Below, piece by piece: positions 51,366 through 64,000 of a stretch of 64,000 nt of DNA. Position numbers and translations under genes: made by a program. Within the stretch, counting starts at the first letter, position 1. Each line of letters starts with the position of its first letter. This stretch comes from Octopus bimaculoides (lineage: Eukaryota), in contig NC_069000.1 in NCBI RefSeq assembly GCF_001194135.2, positions 47,623,683 through 47,687,682 of the forward strand, written 5' to 3'. The notes below the pieces were generated by a model. It had not been told where the DNA came from and did no database searches. It saw only the letters and a program-made list of their open reading frames with translations.

Positions 51366-52799
51366 ACAGTGATATAGGCCTGTACATGTGTGTATATGTG
51401 TATGTATGTATATATATACATACACACACCCATACATCCAGGATCTCCAAGACTCCTCAGAAAAAGTGGATTAGTTATTCTTTGTTAGGTGACAAAGCCT
51501 AAATTTTGGCAATGGACTCCACTTCTGTAAAGGCACCCAAAGTGATGACAATGTGACCATCAACCCTCAGAAGATAACATCAACTTAAGATGGTGAAGAC
51601 TGAAAATCCATGTTTAACTCAAGCGTGTTCCTCAGTCATCTCCATCATCCGAAAACTTTTTTAATAATCAAACGCAGACAGGCTGTCAGTTGAAACAGTT
51701 TCTTCTGATGACGTCTTTTGAAAAGCATTAAAACCACAACCATCTTGTTTTCTTTTGCCACAAATTGTTTTACAAGTAGTTAATGCGAGGCGTAAAAGGT
51801 TGGCATGGCTGTTTGGCTAAGAAGCTTCTTTTGCAACCATGTTATACTGAGTTCAGCCCCACTATGTGCCACCATGGTCTTCTGATATAGCCCTGGGCTA
51901 ACTATAAACGCTTGTGAGTGGATTTGGTTGATGGAAACTGAAAGACGTCTATTGTGTGTGCGTGAGTATATGTTCATGTGTATGTGTGTGTGAATGTTCC
52001 CCTTGAATTGATATTGCGTGATGATTGTAAATTGATTGTTCCAGTCTGTGGTGAAAGCATGGGGAAATATTACCTTGCTTGGAAACAGGTGAGAGTTAGC
52101 AACAAAAGGAGCATTTAGCTGCAGAAAATATCAACATATCATGTCTGACCCATGCAAGCATGGAAAAGTGGACGTTAAAACAATGACAATGGTGATAATT
52201 GTATTACTGTAAAATCTCCCCTTTGTTGTTATTTAATCACATGACAACCCTTTGTGACAGTCCAATAATGTCCAGGTATGTTGTATCGAGGATGACACCC
52301 AGACCTTGTTTTTTAAGACAAGAGAATGTCATTTGAGATCTAACTGCTTTTTCTAGCAGGTTAACCGACTACATAGAAACATCCTTATCAGAACAGTTTA
52401 AGAATAATGATGTAGTAGAGTATTAGATTAGCACAGTCAGTGAAATGATAAGCTGACTTCATGAAGACTTTAACCCATGTCAAGGTCATCACTGGTAGGT
52501 TAAATAACACCGAGTAAAACTAACCCTAGATCTGAGTTTAATCTGTCAAACTTTGAAGAATTCTCTTCTCTTTGAGACAACAAAGACTCTTGTATTATTA
52601 TCACCGTCATCACATCTGTCATTTGCCAGCACTGAATCCTTGTGTGTCTTTACTGTCGTCTACTTGATCATAAGCATTCACACTTGGTCTCCCGTCTGAA
52701 GATATTGGCAGAGCTTTGGAACAGTTACTCATGGAATTCTCAAAGCATCTGGGAAATGAAAAGAATGTTTTTTTTTCATTTCTTTCCTTCTCTTTTTAC

Positions 52800-54500
52800 T
52801 ATTCTTGTCATCAAGATCATCATCGTTTTAATGTCCTCCTTCCATGCTGGCATGGGTTGGATGGTTTGACAGGGGCTGGCCAGGCGGGGGCCTGTGCCAT
52901 GCTTCTGTGTCTGTTTTGGCAGGGTTTGTACGGCTGGATGCCCTTCCTCACACCAACCACTCCATAGAGTCAGGAGTGGGGATGGGAGAAATGTGATGAC
53001 TGGTGAGAATCTGGGTATATAGAGAGGGAGGGGACGGGGGAAGCAGGGTATCAAGGCCTGGACTGGGGAGTGGGAGATAATCATAGTGTAGGAAGAGGAA
53101 ATGTGAAGAAGAGAAACAGTTTGGGGAGGAGGGGGATGCTTGGTTTGTTGGGGGTAGGGTGTGTGAAAATGTTATTGTTATGTGTGAGTGGAAAACAATG
53201 CTTCTAGAACTCAAGTTTGCTGACGTGGGTGGGTCTTTTCCAGAAACTCATATTGCCAGACATCTTGGTCCAGTTGTCATTTCCTCTGTGAGTTCCAACA
53301 TCCTGAGATCAGTCCTCACCACTTCATCCCATGTCTTCCTGGGTCTCCCTCTTCCACAGGTGCCATCCTCTTTCAGTGACCAGCTCTTCTTTATCCAGCT
53401 GTCTTCATTCATACCCATCACATGTTCAAACCAATGTAATAATCTCCTCTCTTGTATGCTGCATTTGGTTCCTCTTATGCCCAACTTTTCTCTCAACACA
53501 TTTGTGCTTTGTTGTTCATGCACACTGTCTTCATTCCTCCCCAGTCTACACATGTCCCCTGCATTCAGAGCCTATGTCTCACTGCCATGGAGTATAGCTG
53601 TTCATATACAAGCATCATACAATCTACCTTTCACTCTGAGAGAGACAATAGAAAATTCCAAGTCTGAAATGGTTTTTTTTTCCTAAAATTTCATTTTTTA
53701 ACACTTTTACTGCCCAATTCTGTGTCGTTTTCCTTCGCCATGAGTAAGGAGAACTTTGCCTAAACTCTGCCACGATATCTTCCTCCTACAATTGTTAGAG
53801 CTCCTGAGTCTATTACAGATTCTGCTATGAGAGCAAGATCTTTCCATCTGTTTCCAGTCTTAAATTCCTCGTAAATTATGACCAAGAGGATAATGATGAC
53901 TAGGAGGGGGCTGAGGTCCAAGCCTTAATGAGTGCCTACCTATGCACTAAATTCGTTACTGTGCCCATGGCTAACTCACACCTTACAGACAGCACCCTAC
54001 ACATGGCCTGTACTACTTTCACAAGCGATTCGTTTAACCCTTACTCCCTCAGCAACCACCATATCACAGGCTAAGCTACTCTGTCAAATGCTTTCTCCAG
54101 ATCACTAAATACCAAGTACAATGATTTCTTCTCAGCCATATACTTCTCTTGCAGTTGTCTGACTATGAAAATAACCTCACTCGTGCTTCTCTCTGGCTCA
54201 AAGCCAAACTGCATTTCATCTAGCCTAATTTTTTTCCCTAATTAATTGGGTTGTTGTAACTCTCTCAGTAACTTTCATCATCTGCTCCAGCAGTTTGACG
54301 CCTCTGTAATTTCTTCTGTCTTGTAGCAGCTGACTATAATGCTGCTACACCAGTTACTGGGGATTACACCTTCCTGAATAACCTGATTTACTATGTGGGT
54401 GACTAGACTGTAACCAACTCTACCAGATATTTTAAGCACCTCAGCAGTGACTCCTGATGGACCAAGGGCTTTCCCTGTCTTCATACCTTTAATTGCATTA
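52800..54500 (-). mobile_element. RTE LINE fragments (RT start 54200-54500; ORF2 C-terminus 53190-53640; tail 52830-52960)
   Basis: MKTGKALGPSGVTAEVLK...IPSNWCSS; QERRLLHWFEHV...GRGRPRKTWDEVV. Confidence 0.85.
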
Positions 54501-56003
54501 TCTGTGATAAGGATAAAATTGGTAAGGTCTGTTTGTAATGTTTCTCATAAAAATGTCGTAATGTCTGTTTAGTGTGTTTTGTCTCCACAAGTTTACAATG
54601 GTGATAATTATATGATAATGATTACTAATTAACTGGCGTTTTACTGACAAAACATTTCTTAATATAATTAGTTTGATTTTTGATCATCATCAACTCTATT
54701 ATTCCTTGATGTGTCTATAGTCCCAGACAGGGCCACGGCACTAGTGCTGCATCTGAGAATAAGCACACTGCTATTTTTATAGTTTAGGAATAAAGGTTCT
54801 GCTGTGAGACCATGCAGAGACCATCAATGAATTAAACCCCTGTTGATGACTGGAGATCAAATTGAAGAAAACATAATCTTGTGAATATAAACTGTAAAAC
54901 TGGAGTTAATTGTTGGGAAGAAGATGATCATTTTAACATCTCTGTGATCCTTTTAAAGTCAAATAAACTTTCTCTGAATGTAAAACGAATCTATTTTTAT
55001 TATTATAGTTGTTATTATTATTAAGGCAGTGAGCTGGTAGAATCATTAGTATGCCAGATGAAATGCTTAGCGGTATTTTGCCTGTTTCTATGTTCTGAGC
55101 TCAAATTCTGACGAGGTCAACTTTGCTTTTCATCCTTTCGGGGTTGATAAATTGAACACCAGTGAAACACTGGGGTCCAGTGTAATCAACTGGTCCCTTT
55201 TCCCCCCAATTTCAAGCCTTGTGCCTAAAGTAGAAAGGATTATTATTATTGTTGTCGTGGAAGGATTCTAACCACCCTGCAAGAGACTGAAGGTGGACTG
55301 ACTCGTTATAAAACAAAGAACTGCGAGCGATCAGCAGTTCTTTGTGAGCCTTGGATATGGACCATTGAGTCTCCTGCAATGGTAGTGCATCATGTATATA
55401 TACTTTCTCCCCCCCCCCCACTTCGTTATATCATACATCCAACATACAAGGATATAAACATTATTATTATCATGAAACTGAGGATATTAGATTATTATTT
55501 CTATTCAATGGGAACATATGGTATCTTAATCCTTTCAATTCCAATAATCAGTCATTTCCCACATTAACACAGTTTTTCTCCATTTTTCTCACAAAACACT
55601 GAAGTCAATCATTTTTGTTTTCAATTCTAGTTAATGATTCATTTTTCAGTAGCACAAAAGTTTGTAACTATTTTGATAGCAAGCCATTTAGGTTCATTCC
55701 CTCCGTCACTAATACAACCTTTATATTTTAAATTGATTTAAATTAAAACTGTCCATCATCATCTCATACTTATGTTCCAAACGCCAGCTTAATTGTAACA
55801 GTTGCTTTTATTAAACTTCATTTTCATAAATTAATTGAAACAGAGGCAATGGGTTTCAATAGAAATAAGGTTAACAAAACTGTTAAATTCACTTTATTTG
55901 ATGAGGTTTCAAGACTTCTGTCACACAAATGGGACCTGGTCACTGACACACTTCTACAACAGCTGCTGTGCAATGAATATTTTGACATCTCAGGAAATGA
56001 GAT

Positions 56004-56195
56004 TTAACCCTTCAGCATTCATATTACTTCTCTGTCAAATGTAAATCCTTGTTTATTCACATTGCTTTCAATTAATCATGCATTATCTCATAGTTTCAAG
56101 GTTTTGTTAATGCGATTGCTTATTTTTAGAATGACATTGTAGGGTAGGTGTGAGAGGTTAGATCTGGTTGGTTTGAATGCTAAAAGTGAATTTAA
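56004..56195. mobile_element. MITE family B copy
   Basis: TTAACCCTTCAGCATTC ... GAATGCTAAAAG ends. Body shared with 2982-3182. Confidence 0.6.
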
Positions 56196-57040
56196 CTTGT
56201 TAGTGATTTGCTAAATGTTTAGAACGACTGTTTCACAATGTTGTTACTTCAGTTTCAATAGACTTTCTCAGATCCAGTCACTTGCTGGACTTGAACATCA
56301 CCAAAATTTATTGCTTTATTTATTTATTTATTTATTTTTTTTATAATCCCAAGATTTGAATTTTCATTCCTTTAATTCAAAACGAATATTTTTTTCTACT
56401 TGCAACTCACTTGGTAATTTCACTGGTGCTAGTACCACTCTGTCCATTCTATAAAGTGGTTGGCATAGGGAAGGACATTCAGCCATAGAAATCATGTCAG
56501 ATACAGGGAGCTCAATGCAGTCCTTCAGCTCATCAGATATTATCAAATCATTTAACTCCTGCTAGTGTGGAAGATAAATAATGATAATAATTTTCTATTT
56601 TACAATTCGGGAGGCAAGCTGGCAGAATCGTTAGTATGCCAGGTAAAATGCCTAGTGGTATTTTGTCCTCTCTTTATGTTCAAAGTTCAAATTCCACCAA
56701 CATTGACTTTGCCTGTCATCCTTTGGAGTTTGATAATATATGTACCAGTTGAACCATGGGGTTCATCTACTGAGCTTACCCCTTCCCTTGAAATTGCTGG
56801 CCTTGTGCCAAAATTTGAAATCAATACAATTGGTTTGATCTCTAATCATTATTGGTGGTTGAAACTTTAATTTAGAACTAAATATTGTAAATGCATGTGT
56901 TAACAGTCCAGAGTAAGTATTAGCATAGCCATGAACACCACCACATCTCAGTTGTATAATTAGGTTTTTCTTTTTCTTTAGGGTCCTGATTTATCCTTCT
57001 TATCAGTTTTTGTGAAATCCATGTTGTTTTTGTTATTCAG

Positions 57041-57124
57041 GAGAGAAGTGGCAGTAGTTCTTACACTCACGAATCTCTGACTTTAAAGTATCGCTTGGAC
57101 AATGAATATGAACTGGTGTTTGTG
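57041..57124 (+). CDS. SRPRA: SRPRA exon 2
   Basis: ttattcag acceptor, gtaagt donor, 84 nt. ERSGSSSYTHESLTLKYRLDNEYELVFV matches SRalpha ERGG...FTHE.LTLKYKLDN.FELVFV. Confidence 0.95.
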
Positions 57125-58353
57125 GTAAGTATCATTCAGCTTCCCATATCCCTTTCCTGACCTCTTTCTATTTAAACATTTCTATGCTGACTCTCTTCCC
57201 TGCAATTCTGCAATATCTACAAACCATTCTCTCTGAAATTTGTGACTAATTAGCTGTTTCTCTTTCTCCTAATTTCATTCAGTGTGTGGGGTGGGTTTGG
57301 GGAGCTCTTAGAAAAATATTCAACAAATTACAAAAAAATCTCTGCAAAAATTTCATGTTTTTTCAGTCAGTTTTACAAATTAATTCTACTTTGATTGGTT
57401 TTTAATGATGAGAATTCAGTTGTTTAAGCTGTGGTTAAGTATTTCTCAAGACAGAATCAGTATAACAGTGTATGACATGGTTGCACACTGGGCTTCCACA
57501 CAGTTTCCACTCTCTCATGGCTTGGGGTGAGCTGAGGCAAAGGTAAAACACATTTACTCAAGGTGCTGTGTTGTAGCATTGTACTTGGAGAGATCTTGTG
57601 TTTGCCGAGTGAACTCCTTCAACCACTCAACCATGGCTAATGCTTTTGGCTGAATCTCTCTTCTCATCTCATCTACATCCAACTTTGTGACCAACAAATG
57701 TAGTTCAGTTGGTATTTAGCCCATGGACAGTTCTTATGGAGTAAACCAGTGTTTTTGAAGCACGTTACATCAAAGACTACATAATTCCAAAGTCCTTTCA
57801 TTTTTAAAATGTTAAGATATGGTTTGATGGATATTTGGCTGTTGTTTCTAGCAGGTCAAGTGACCATATAAAGGTTTTTTCATTATTCATTCCATTTTGT
57901 TCTTTGTGGCATACAGTTTCCACAAAATTTCCCAAAGTGGTTCCACCTGGCCAGTTTCACTGTAAAGCAAGTAGAATATTTGGGTTTGATATATGGTCAG
58001 TTTAAATGCTAAAGGGTCGAATTAATCCTAAAATGCCAATAATCTGCAAAGCCGGGATTCAGCTTTGGTTTCAGCAGAATTGGTGAGCTGAGAGCTCAGT
58101 GTGGTTTTAACATGATTTAACTTTTCAAGAAAAACTTGGTAACTGTTTGTAAAGACTTAAAATTGAGATTACTTTGGGGGACTAACTATAGATATGTTGT
58201 TTAGGTCTTCTGAGGCACAGATTACCTGCATCTGTTGTATGTCTTATCGAGTGTAACACACTGTTATACTGTCTACATATCTAGTATGTCTTTGTTATAA
58301 CACATAGAGACTGTGACACTGTTTACACCTGTCCCTATCTGTCTCTTACCCAG

Positions 58354-58547
58354 GTAGCCTATCAAAAGATATTACAACTGTCCTATGTCGACAAGTTTCT
58401 GACTGCCATCCAAGTGGAGTTTCGGAATAAATATAAAGATGACCTTCAACGGGGAAATATATCTCGAAATTTTGATTTTCGAGAAGATTTCAATCTTCTA
58501 CTCAAGGAAACGGTGGATGAAAGCATTCTGCAAGCCCAGAAGCCAAG
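58354..58547 (+). CDS. SRPRA: SRPRA exon 3 (gene continues beyond last identifiable exon)
   Basis: cccag acceptor, gtaggt donor, 194 nt. VAYQKILQLSYVDKFLTAIQVEFRNKYKDDLQRGNISRNFDFREDFNLLLKETVDESILQAQKP. Confidence 0.93.
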
Positions 58548-59717
58548 GTAGGTTAAAATATTTTGGTTATTGTTGTGGTGAAATCTGGAGAATTGGAGGT
58601 TGTGAGTTCAAATCACTCATCATATTTATGTTTGTAAACGTTTGTGTGAGAAGGTCATATTTAGACTCTGGGAAAGAAGAGAATTTTAAAAGAAATGTTT
58701 AGTGGTCAGTGTGAGAGATGGGACAGCAGATAGGGTCCAGACTGGAGACAACATCTGTAATGAAGAGAAGTGGTGCAGAGGATGGGAAGGACAGGAATTT
58801 TAATGTAATTTACTCATTTATAGAACGACTGGTCAGAAGTGGTGGTAATGACATGGATACTAAGAGATGTGTACTGCATAAAACCTGAAGAGCCTTGTGG
58901 ATGTATTTAAGTCTAGAGATTTTAATTAGTAGGAAATTTGGATGAGAGGAGATAACACCCAAAATTTTAATTGAAATTAATATGAAGTATAGTATGGACT
59001 GAGCCTGGTGTTTAGCAGTGTAGTGATAACTCTGGACATATTCCTGTTTTATTAGAACTCTTCAGGGCAACAGCCTAACCCTGTGTGGAGAAGCAAAAGT
59101 AGCATTTGTATGACTAAATACAGAGTGGAATTATAAATAGAGTAACTTGTCTAAGGTGTGGTTTTTGTTTATAGACACAGACATGGCTGTATAGTGAAGT
59201 AGTTTGTTTCTTGACCACATAGTTTCTGGTTCAGTTCCAATGCAGGACACCTTTGGCAAGAATCTTCTACTCAAGCCCCAGGCTGACAAAGGTCCTGTGA
59301 GTGGATTTGATTGATGGAAACTGAAAAAAAAGCTTGTCATGTGTGAAATGAATGTTGCTGTCATACAGTGGTGTTCTTTGTTTCCAGTCTTCAGTTAAAT
59401 CATGTCTGGCCTTGACGAAATGTTACCTTACTTAGAGACAGTTGAGGGTTGGTGACAGGAAGAGCATCCAGTGGTAGAAAATAGGTCTCAACAAATTCTG
59501 TCTGGCCCATGCAAGTATGGAAAACTGATGTTAAACCATGATAATACTACACACACACACACCTTAGAGCAACGAAATGGAAATTGTCATGTCAGAATGG
59601 TATAAGAGACTTAGTTTCACCAGCATTGACAGTCTGAGGGATGCAAAGCAAAGGAGAAAAGTGGCTGCAAACAACTGCTTACACTGATTTGTATGTAGAT
59701 ATGAGCATGCGTGTGTG

Positions 59718-59770
<53 letters not shown>

Positions 59771-60204
59771 CTCACCTGACACTTGCAAGCATGGAAAAGT
59801 AGATGTAAAACTGATACACACATACACGTTGGTTACTCTGTGTGCGTCTCAGTGCTTCTCTGCAAATTGATGAGTCACAAGCCATAATATTTTTCCTGTC
59901 AATAAATTGTCTTTTGGCCTTGCACCTTTGAAGACTTATGGAATAAGAGAGAACTTATATGAAAAACAGGCAACACTTAATACAAAGGGTATCTGGCTGT
60001 AAGACTAAAGCCTCACTAATATGTTTGTGTAATCCATATTACCATTGAAAAAACGGACATAAAATTAAACCAAGTAATCGTCAAATAAATAGTGAGGATG
60101 TAAAGAGTGATTGTTGAATAGATTGCCTATTAATACGACCATCAATTCATTATCAACAAGAGAATTACTGTATTAGAGGAAGACAAGCTGACTGACGCAA
60201 AAAG

Positions 60205-60950
60205 ATTATTAATAGTCTTCTAGCCTACCAAATTACTGTACCAAATGATGAAGTCTTCTTGTAGTCTCTAATATCAATGAGGGTTTCAACTTTTCTGACT
60301 CTGATGGTACCTTAAAGACATAGTTTTGTTGCCAAACCACAATAGGGGAGTGGTTAAACATATGGGTTATTGGCCTGGCAATGCTAGGTTCGAACTAAGC
60401 TACTTCCATTTCGTCATGTAATTTAGATAATAAAATCTATTATTTCACTCCCAGCTTCACAACATCAGTAAAACTGCTTTTCAAATGTCGACATTTATTT
60501 TTGTATGTTTGCTTCTTGCTGGTCTGGTTAATGAAAACGAACATTTCTTATTCCCTGGTGAAATATGAGTGACTAAAAAAAGGACATGGAAACAGTTAAA
60601 ATAATTGTTGTCAGACACAACACCGTCTTCCTGTTTCTGTAGAAAAAAAAAGAAAAGGTTAGGAAAAGTGGAAAAATAAAAGAAAAGAAATCAGGAGTGA
60701 TGTAAGGGAGGTAACTGATGCTTCTTCGCCTTTATAAAGGCCGAACTTCTCAGTTAACATGAATCAGCCTGAAAAGCTATCGGTTGTCAATGAACGTGGA
60801 GTTGTAAGAGAATTGAATCGGTATATTCGTAATTCACCAGGCTCACCTATTTGCTGAGCGTGTTGATATTTGGAGGCCAAGATTTGGAGGTAAATTGCCT
60901 ATTTGCTGTGGGGAGAAGATTTTCGAGATAATTTGGGTCTCCATTTGGGG
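60205..60950 (-). mobile_element. Decayed piggyBac (PGBD4-like) transposase, copy 1
   Basis: Across frames on -: GDPNY, RFNSLTTP..LTTDS (first Asp region), FY*CCEAGSEIIDFII, NNPYV*P...GTIRV. Duplicated at 63450-63832. Family call is pattern-based. Confidence 0.5.
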
Positions 60951-61262
60951 NNNNNNNNNNNNNNNNNNNNNNNNNNNNNNNNNNNNNNNNNNNNNNNNNN
61001 NNNNNNNNNNNNNNNNNNNNNNNNNNNNNNNNNNNNNNNNNNNNNNNNNNCAAACACATCCCAGCAAACAATGGTTTAGTTTGGTGACTGGCAATAGCAG
61101 CAGTGCAGGCATTTAATGGTAGAGTGTGAAGAATCCAATTAATTAGTGAAGTGAACTACTCTAGGAAGTCGTGTTGTGTTGTTCATTTGTGTACAGGACT
61201 GAAAATAGTCTATAGAAACATGATATTGATTCAGTGGGTGTGTCAAACTAGCTAATGTTGAA

Positions 61263-61309
<47 letters not shown>

Positions 61310-61769
61310 GGTGATGGAAACAGGAAAGTAGAACTCCAAACACGAATATATTTTTATTTTTAATTAGTAATCAGAAGTTAGAGAGTGACTCAAAGTCCTA
61401 GAGTACTGGAACTTATCAAACTGGCTTCAAATTAAGTGGACTTCATTTATAGAATGGGATTGTTCTAGAAGAAATTATAAAAGTGACCAGCAGAGATACC
61501 TGGCATTGCTGGGGATTAAAATGGCATAGTTTGTGTATATATATATATGTATATATATATACACTACAGTTATGTTGAAGCAGGTGATACGGGAAAGTGC
61601 AACATTAATGACAAAACATTTGTGGAGTAAATGATGGGCCAATTTGACTAAGCGCCTCGTCATTTGTCTGTTTGGTGTATTCCAGGCCCTAACCAGTCAT
61701 GGAAAATTGGAGGTGGGGTGGGCATGTGGTTTTTGAATGCACCGATAATTTGTCAGTGGATATACTCAC

Positions 61770-62590
61770 CTTTGCGGCAGTCGGTGCTGTGTCTGAAACG
61801 GCCCATCATCTGAAGTTTTGACATCCCCCTCAAGTTTGTTGTCCTACATCGTTCATAAAGTACATTTGGAGGAACTGTGGTTGTTCATGTGTGGGTAACA
61901 GAGAACCAATGCGGTGATCTTGCTCTGGAACTTCGAACATCGGTGTAAGTCCATGTTCAACTATTTCCTTAGATGAACCAAACGATGTCATTTGCAGAGT
62001 TGTATTGTCTGATATTGTTCAGAAAATCCTTTGACTGGATGGAAATACCTTCCAGAAGGTCATTAAGTGGTTGAGAAGGAGTTTGTAGTGCTGGCAATGT
62101 TACCTTACTGCCTGAACAGCGCATGCCGTTAGTTTCATTTGGAAATTTTAAAGCTTTGCAGAAATGACAATTTGAGTTTAGCACACCAATTTAGATAGCT
62201 ATCATTTTTATAAGAATGGGATGGATCATATCTGAAAGCAGCTCCAGGAGTTGTGAAGAATGAACTTGTATGTAGTCTGTTTCTGAGAGCTATTCTATTG
62301 GACCTCTGTCTAATCATTAAAACAATGTTGTTTTAATGATTCTGGATTAAGTGCTGCAGTATTCATTTGCTGATCATGGGAGAGTCTCATCTCCCTTCTC
62401 TCTCTTGACAGAGTCCATCTGATGTGCTGCAGCATACCTTTGCTGGTCTTGAGAAAGTTTCTCTTTCCTTTCTCTCTTGAGACTCTTGCCCTTGGTTTTC
62501 TGAAATCCTCCTTGCTTTATACTTGTTTCTGGAGAGATTACGTCTTTTCTTTGGTGACATAGTTTTATCAATATTGTAAACCAAAAATTA
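61770..62590 (-). mobile_element. Helitron Rep/Hel N-terminal remnant
   Basis: SPKKRRNLSRN...QESQERKER; AAFRYDP; CHFCKALKFPNETNGMRCSGSKVTLPALQTPSQPLNDLL...SKDFLNNIRQYNS; HRIGSLLP...PQFLQMYF. These are characteristic Helitron N-terminal motifs. Confidence 0.85.
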
Positions 62591-63449
62591 TGAACATAGA
62601 AGAAATTATATAGAAACCCCTATTTTTGTAAGCAGTTGTGTGAATGTAGTATGTCTATATTTTTGTATGCAGTTATAAATTAATCAAATAGAAGCACGTG
62701 TATGAACTGATAATTGAACAGTAAATGTGTATTTTAAAATCCCTTGGACCTGCCATCTCATTGTATTTTGTCAAGAGTTTCACCTCCAGCCGTTCATTAT
62801 GTCAGTCAACACACACTGACACAGCATTCTGCTGTCATGGCCGTAAAGACGGAAAGTTGCCGATGAGTGATGTTGCTCACATTAGGATATAATTAGAATT
62901 AAAAGTGAGACAATCTTGTATCCTATTACAATATAAGTGTTGTTCTCTCACTTTTGACATGTAATACTGAATCAGTGGCCAACGTTGTATTGTTTTAATC
63001 CAAATGAAAAAAGCAATTACATGTTGACACTCACAGGGTCTGATACTGTTACCATGTAAAATTGGATTTGATTTGGTTGAGCCGTTTGAGAATGCATTGG
63101 GAACAAATGGGAAGACAAGGAATTGTATATATACAAGATGTATAGATTACAATGTTATGTGGGTAATGTACATTTTTTGGTTTAGCTGTTATCTAGTTTA
63201 ATAATGAATATACAAACAAATACGGAAAATTTAAAGGTATGTATGCATAAATATGTAATGACATATTCCCTATTTCCTACAATAAGATTGGATGGATCCC
63301 AGCCACATGTCACTTTAATGACTACATGTATCATGGAGTGTATTCACAGACTGTTTTCCAAATAAAGTTGAGGTTATTCTGTTTGCTTTTGTGCTACTAA
63401 GGTCCATTTCTGAAAAGTATTTCGCAGAGAATACAAACTGTTGAAATGA

Positions 63450-63832
63450 ATTATTAATAGTCTTCTAGCCTACCAAATTACTGTACCAAATGATGAAGTC
63501 TTCTTGTAGTCTCTAATACCAATGAGGGTTTCAACTTTTCTGACTCTGATGGTACCTTAAAGACATAGTTTTGTTGCCAAACCACAACAGGGGAGTGGTT
63601 AAACATATGGGTTATTGGCCTGGCAATGCTAGGTTCAAACTAAGCTACTTCCATTTTGTCATGTAAAAGCTATCGGTTGTCAATGAATGTGGAGGAGTTG
63701 TAAGAGGATTGAAACGGTTTATTCGTAGTTCACCAGGCTCAGCTATTTGCTGAGCCTGTGTTTGCTCTCGGGAGAAGATTTTTGAGATAATTTGGGTCTC
63801 CATTTGGAGATCTACTTTTAATTTTTTTCTTC
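63450..63832 (-). mobile_element. Decayed piggyBac-like transposase, copy 2 (internal deletion)
   Basis: 63450-63666 is near-identical to 60205-60421, then jumps directly to sequence matching 60772-60950. Confidence 0.5.
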
Positions 63833-64000
63833 CTGTAAAAATATTTTACCTTAATAAAAATTGCATTTCTATAACCTCCTCAACCGACCTACAACCGCCT
63901 CGCCCAAGAAAAACCAAGCAAAACTACTAATGATTATGGTGATGTCTTGCTTATCAAGCAGATTCCTGATTTGCTTTCAGAATTGCACTGATGTGGTGGA

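Noticed and set aside
63660-63672. Deletion in the second piggyBac-like copy as evidence of intron loss or retroposition
   Set aside because: The deleted interval (about 60421-60771) does not match the predicted intron boundaries (60637-60846).
1-64000. CRISPR arrays, rRNA, operon-like prokaryotic systems
   Set aside because: The sequence is clearly spliceosomal-intron eukaryotic DNA; no regularly spaced repeat-spacer array or rRNA similarity was seen.

Overview
AT-rich, intron-rich animal genomic DNA with dense (TA)/(TG)/(GA) microsatellites and 6 N-gaps. The repeat landscape (RTE LINEs, tRNA-derived SINEs, TTAA MITEs) resembles a cephalopod (Octopus-like) genome; this is my recognition, not a database match. 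Three spliced protein-coding genes can be reconstructed by hand with GT-AG introns in consistent phase. (1) The 3' half of an RBCK1/HOIL-1L-type RBR E3 ligase on + (5 exons, 9024-14341; UBL/NZF exons not found, presumably upstream). (2) An apparently complete USF (bHLH-ZIP) gene on - (7 exons, 40922 to 25032, 861 nt CDS, 286 aa). (3) The first three exons of SRPRA (SRP receptor alpha) on + (47344-58547, continuing beyond the window). RBCK1 and USF are convergent; USF and SRPRA are divergent. The rest is decayed mobile DNA: RTE and CR1-like LINEs, SINEs, two Helitron remnants, piggyBac-like remnants and MITEs, and one mariner-like transposase. Almost all ORFs in the supplied track are spurious. 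I found no clear new biological system. The best leads are in USF splicing and regulation (in-frame retained-intron candidate in the HLH loop, His in the zipper, tandem E-boxes), paired ETS-CRE composite motifs at the SRPRA promoter, an inverted repeat downstream of USF, a PHD-like finger inside the RTE ORF2, and antisense splice signals in a Helitron/piggyBac cluster in SRPRA intron 3. Exon coordinates are exact to my reading; TE boundaries are approximate.
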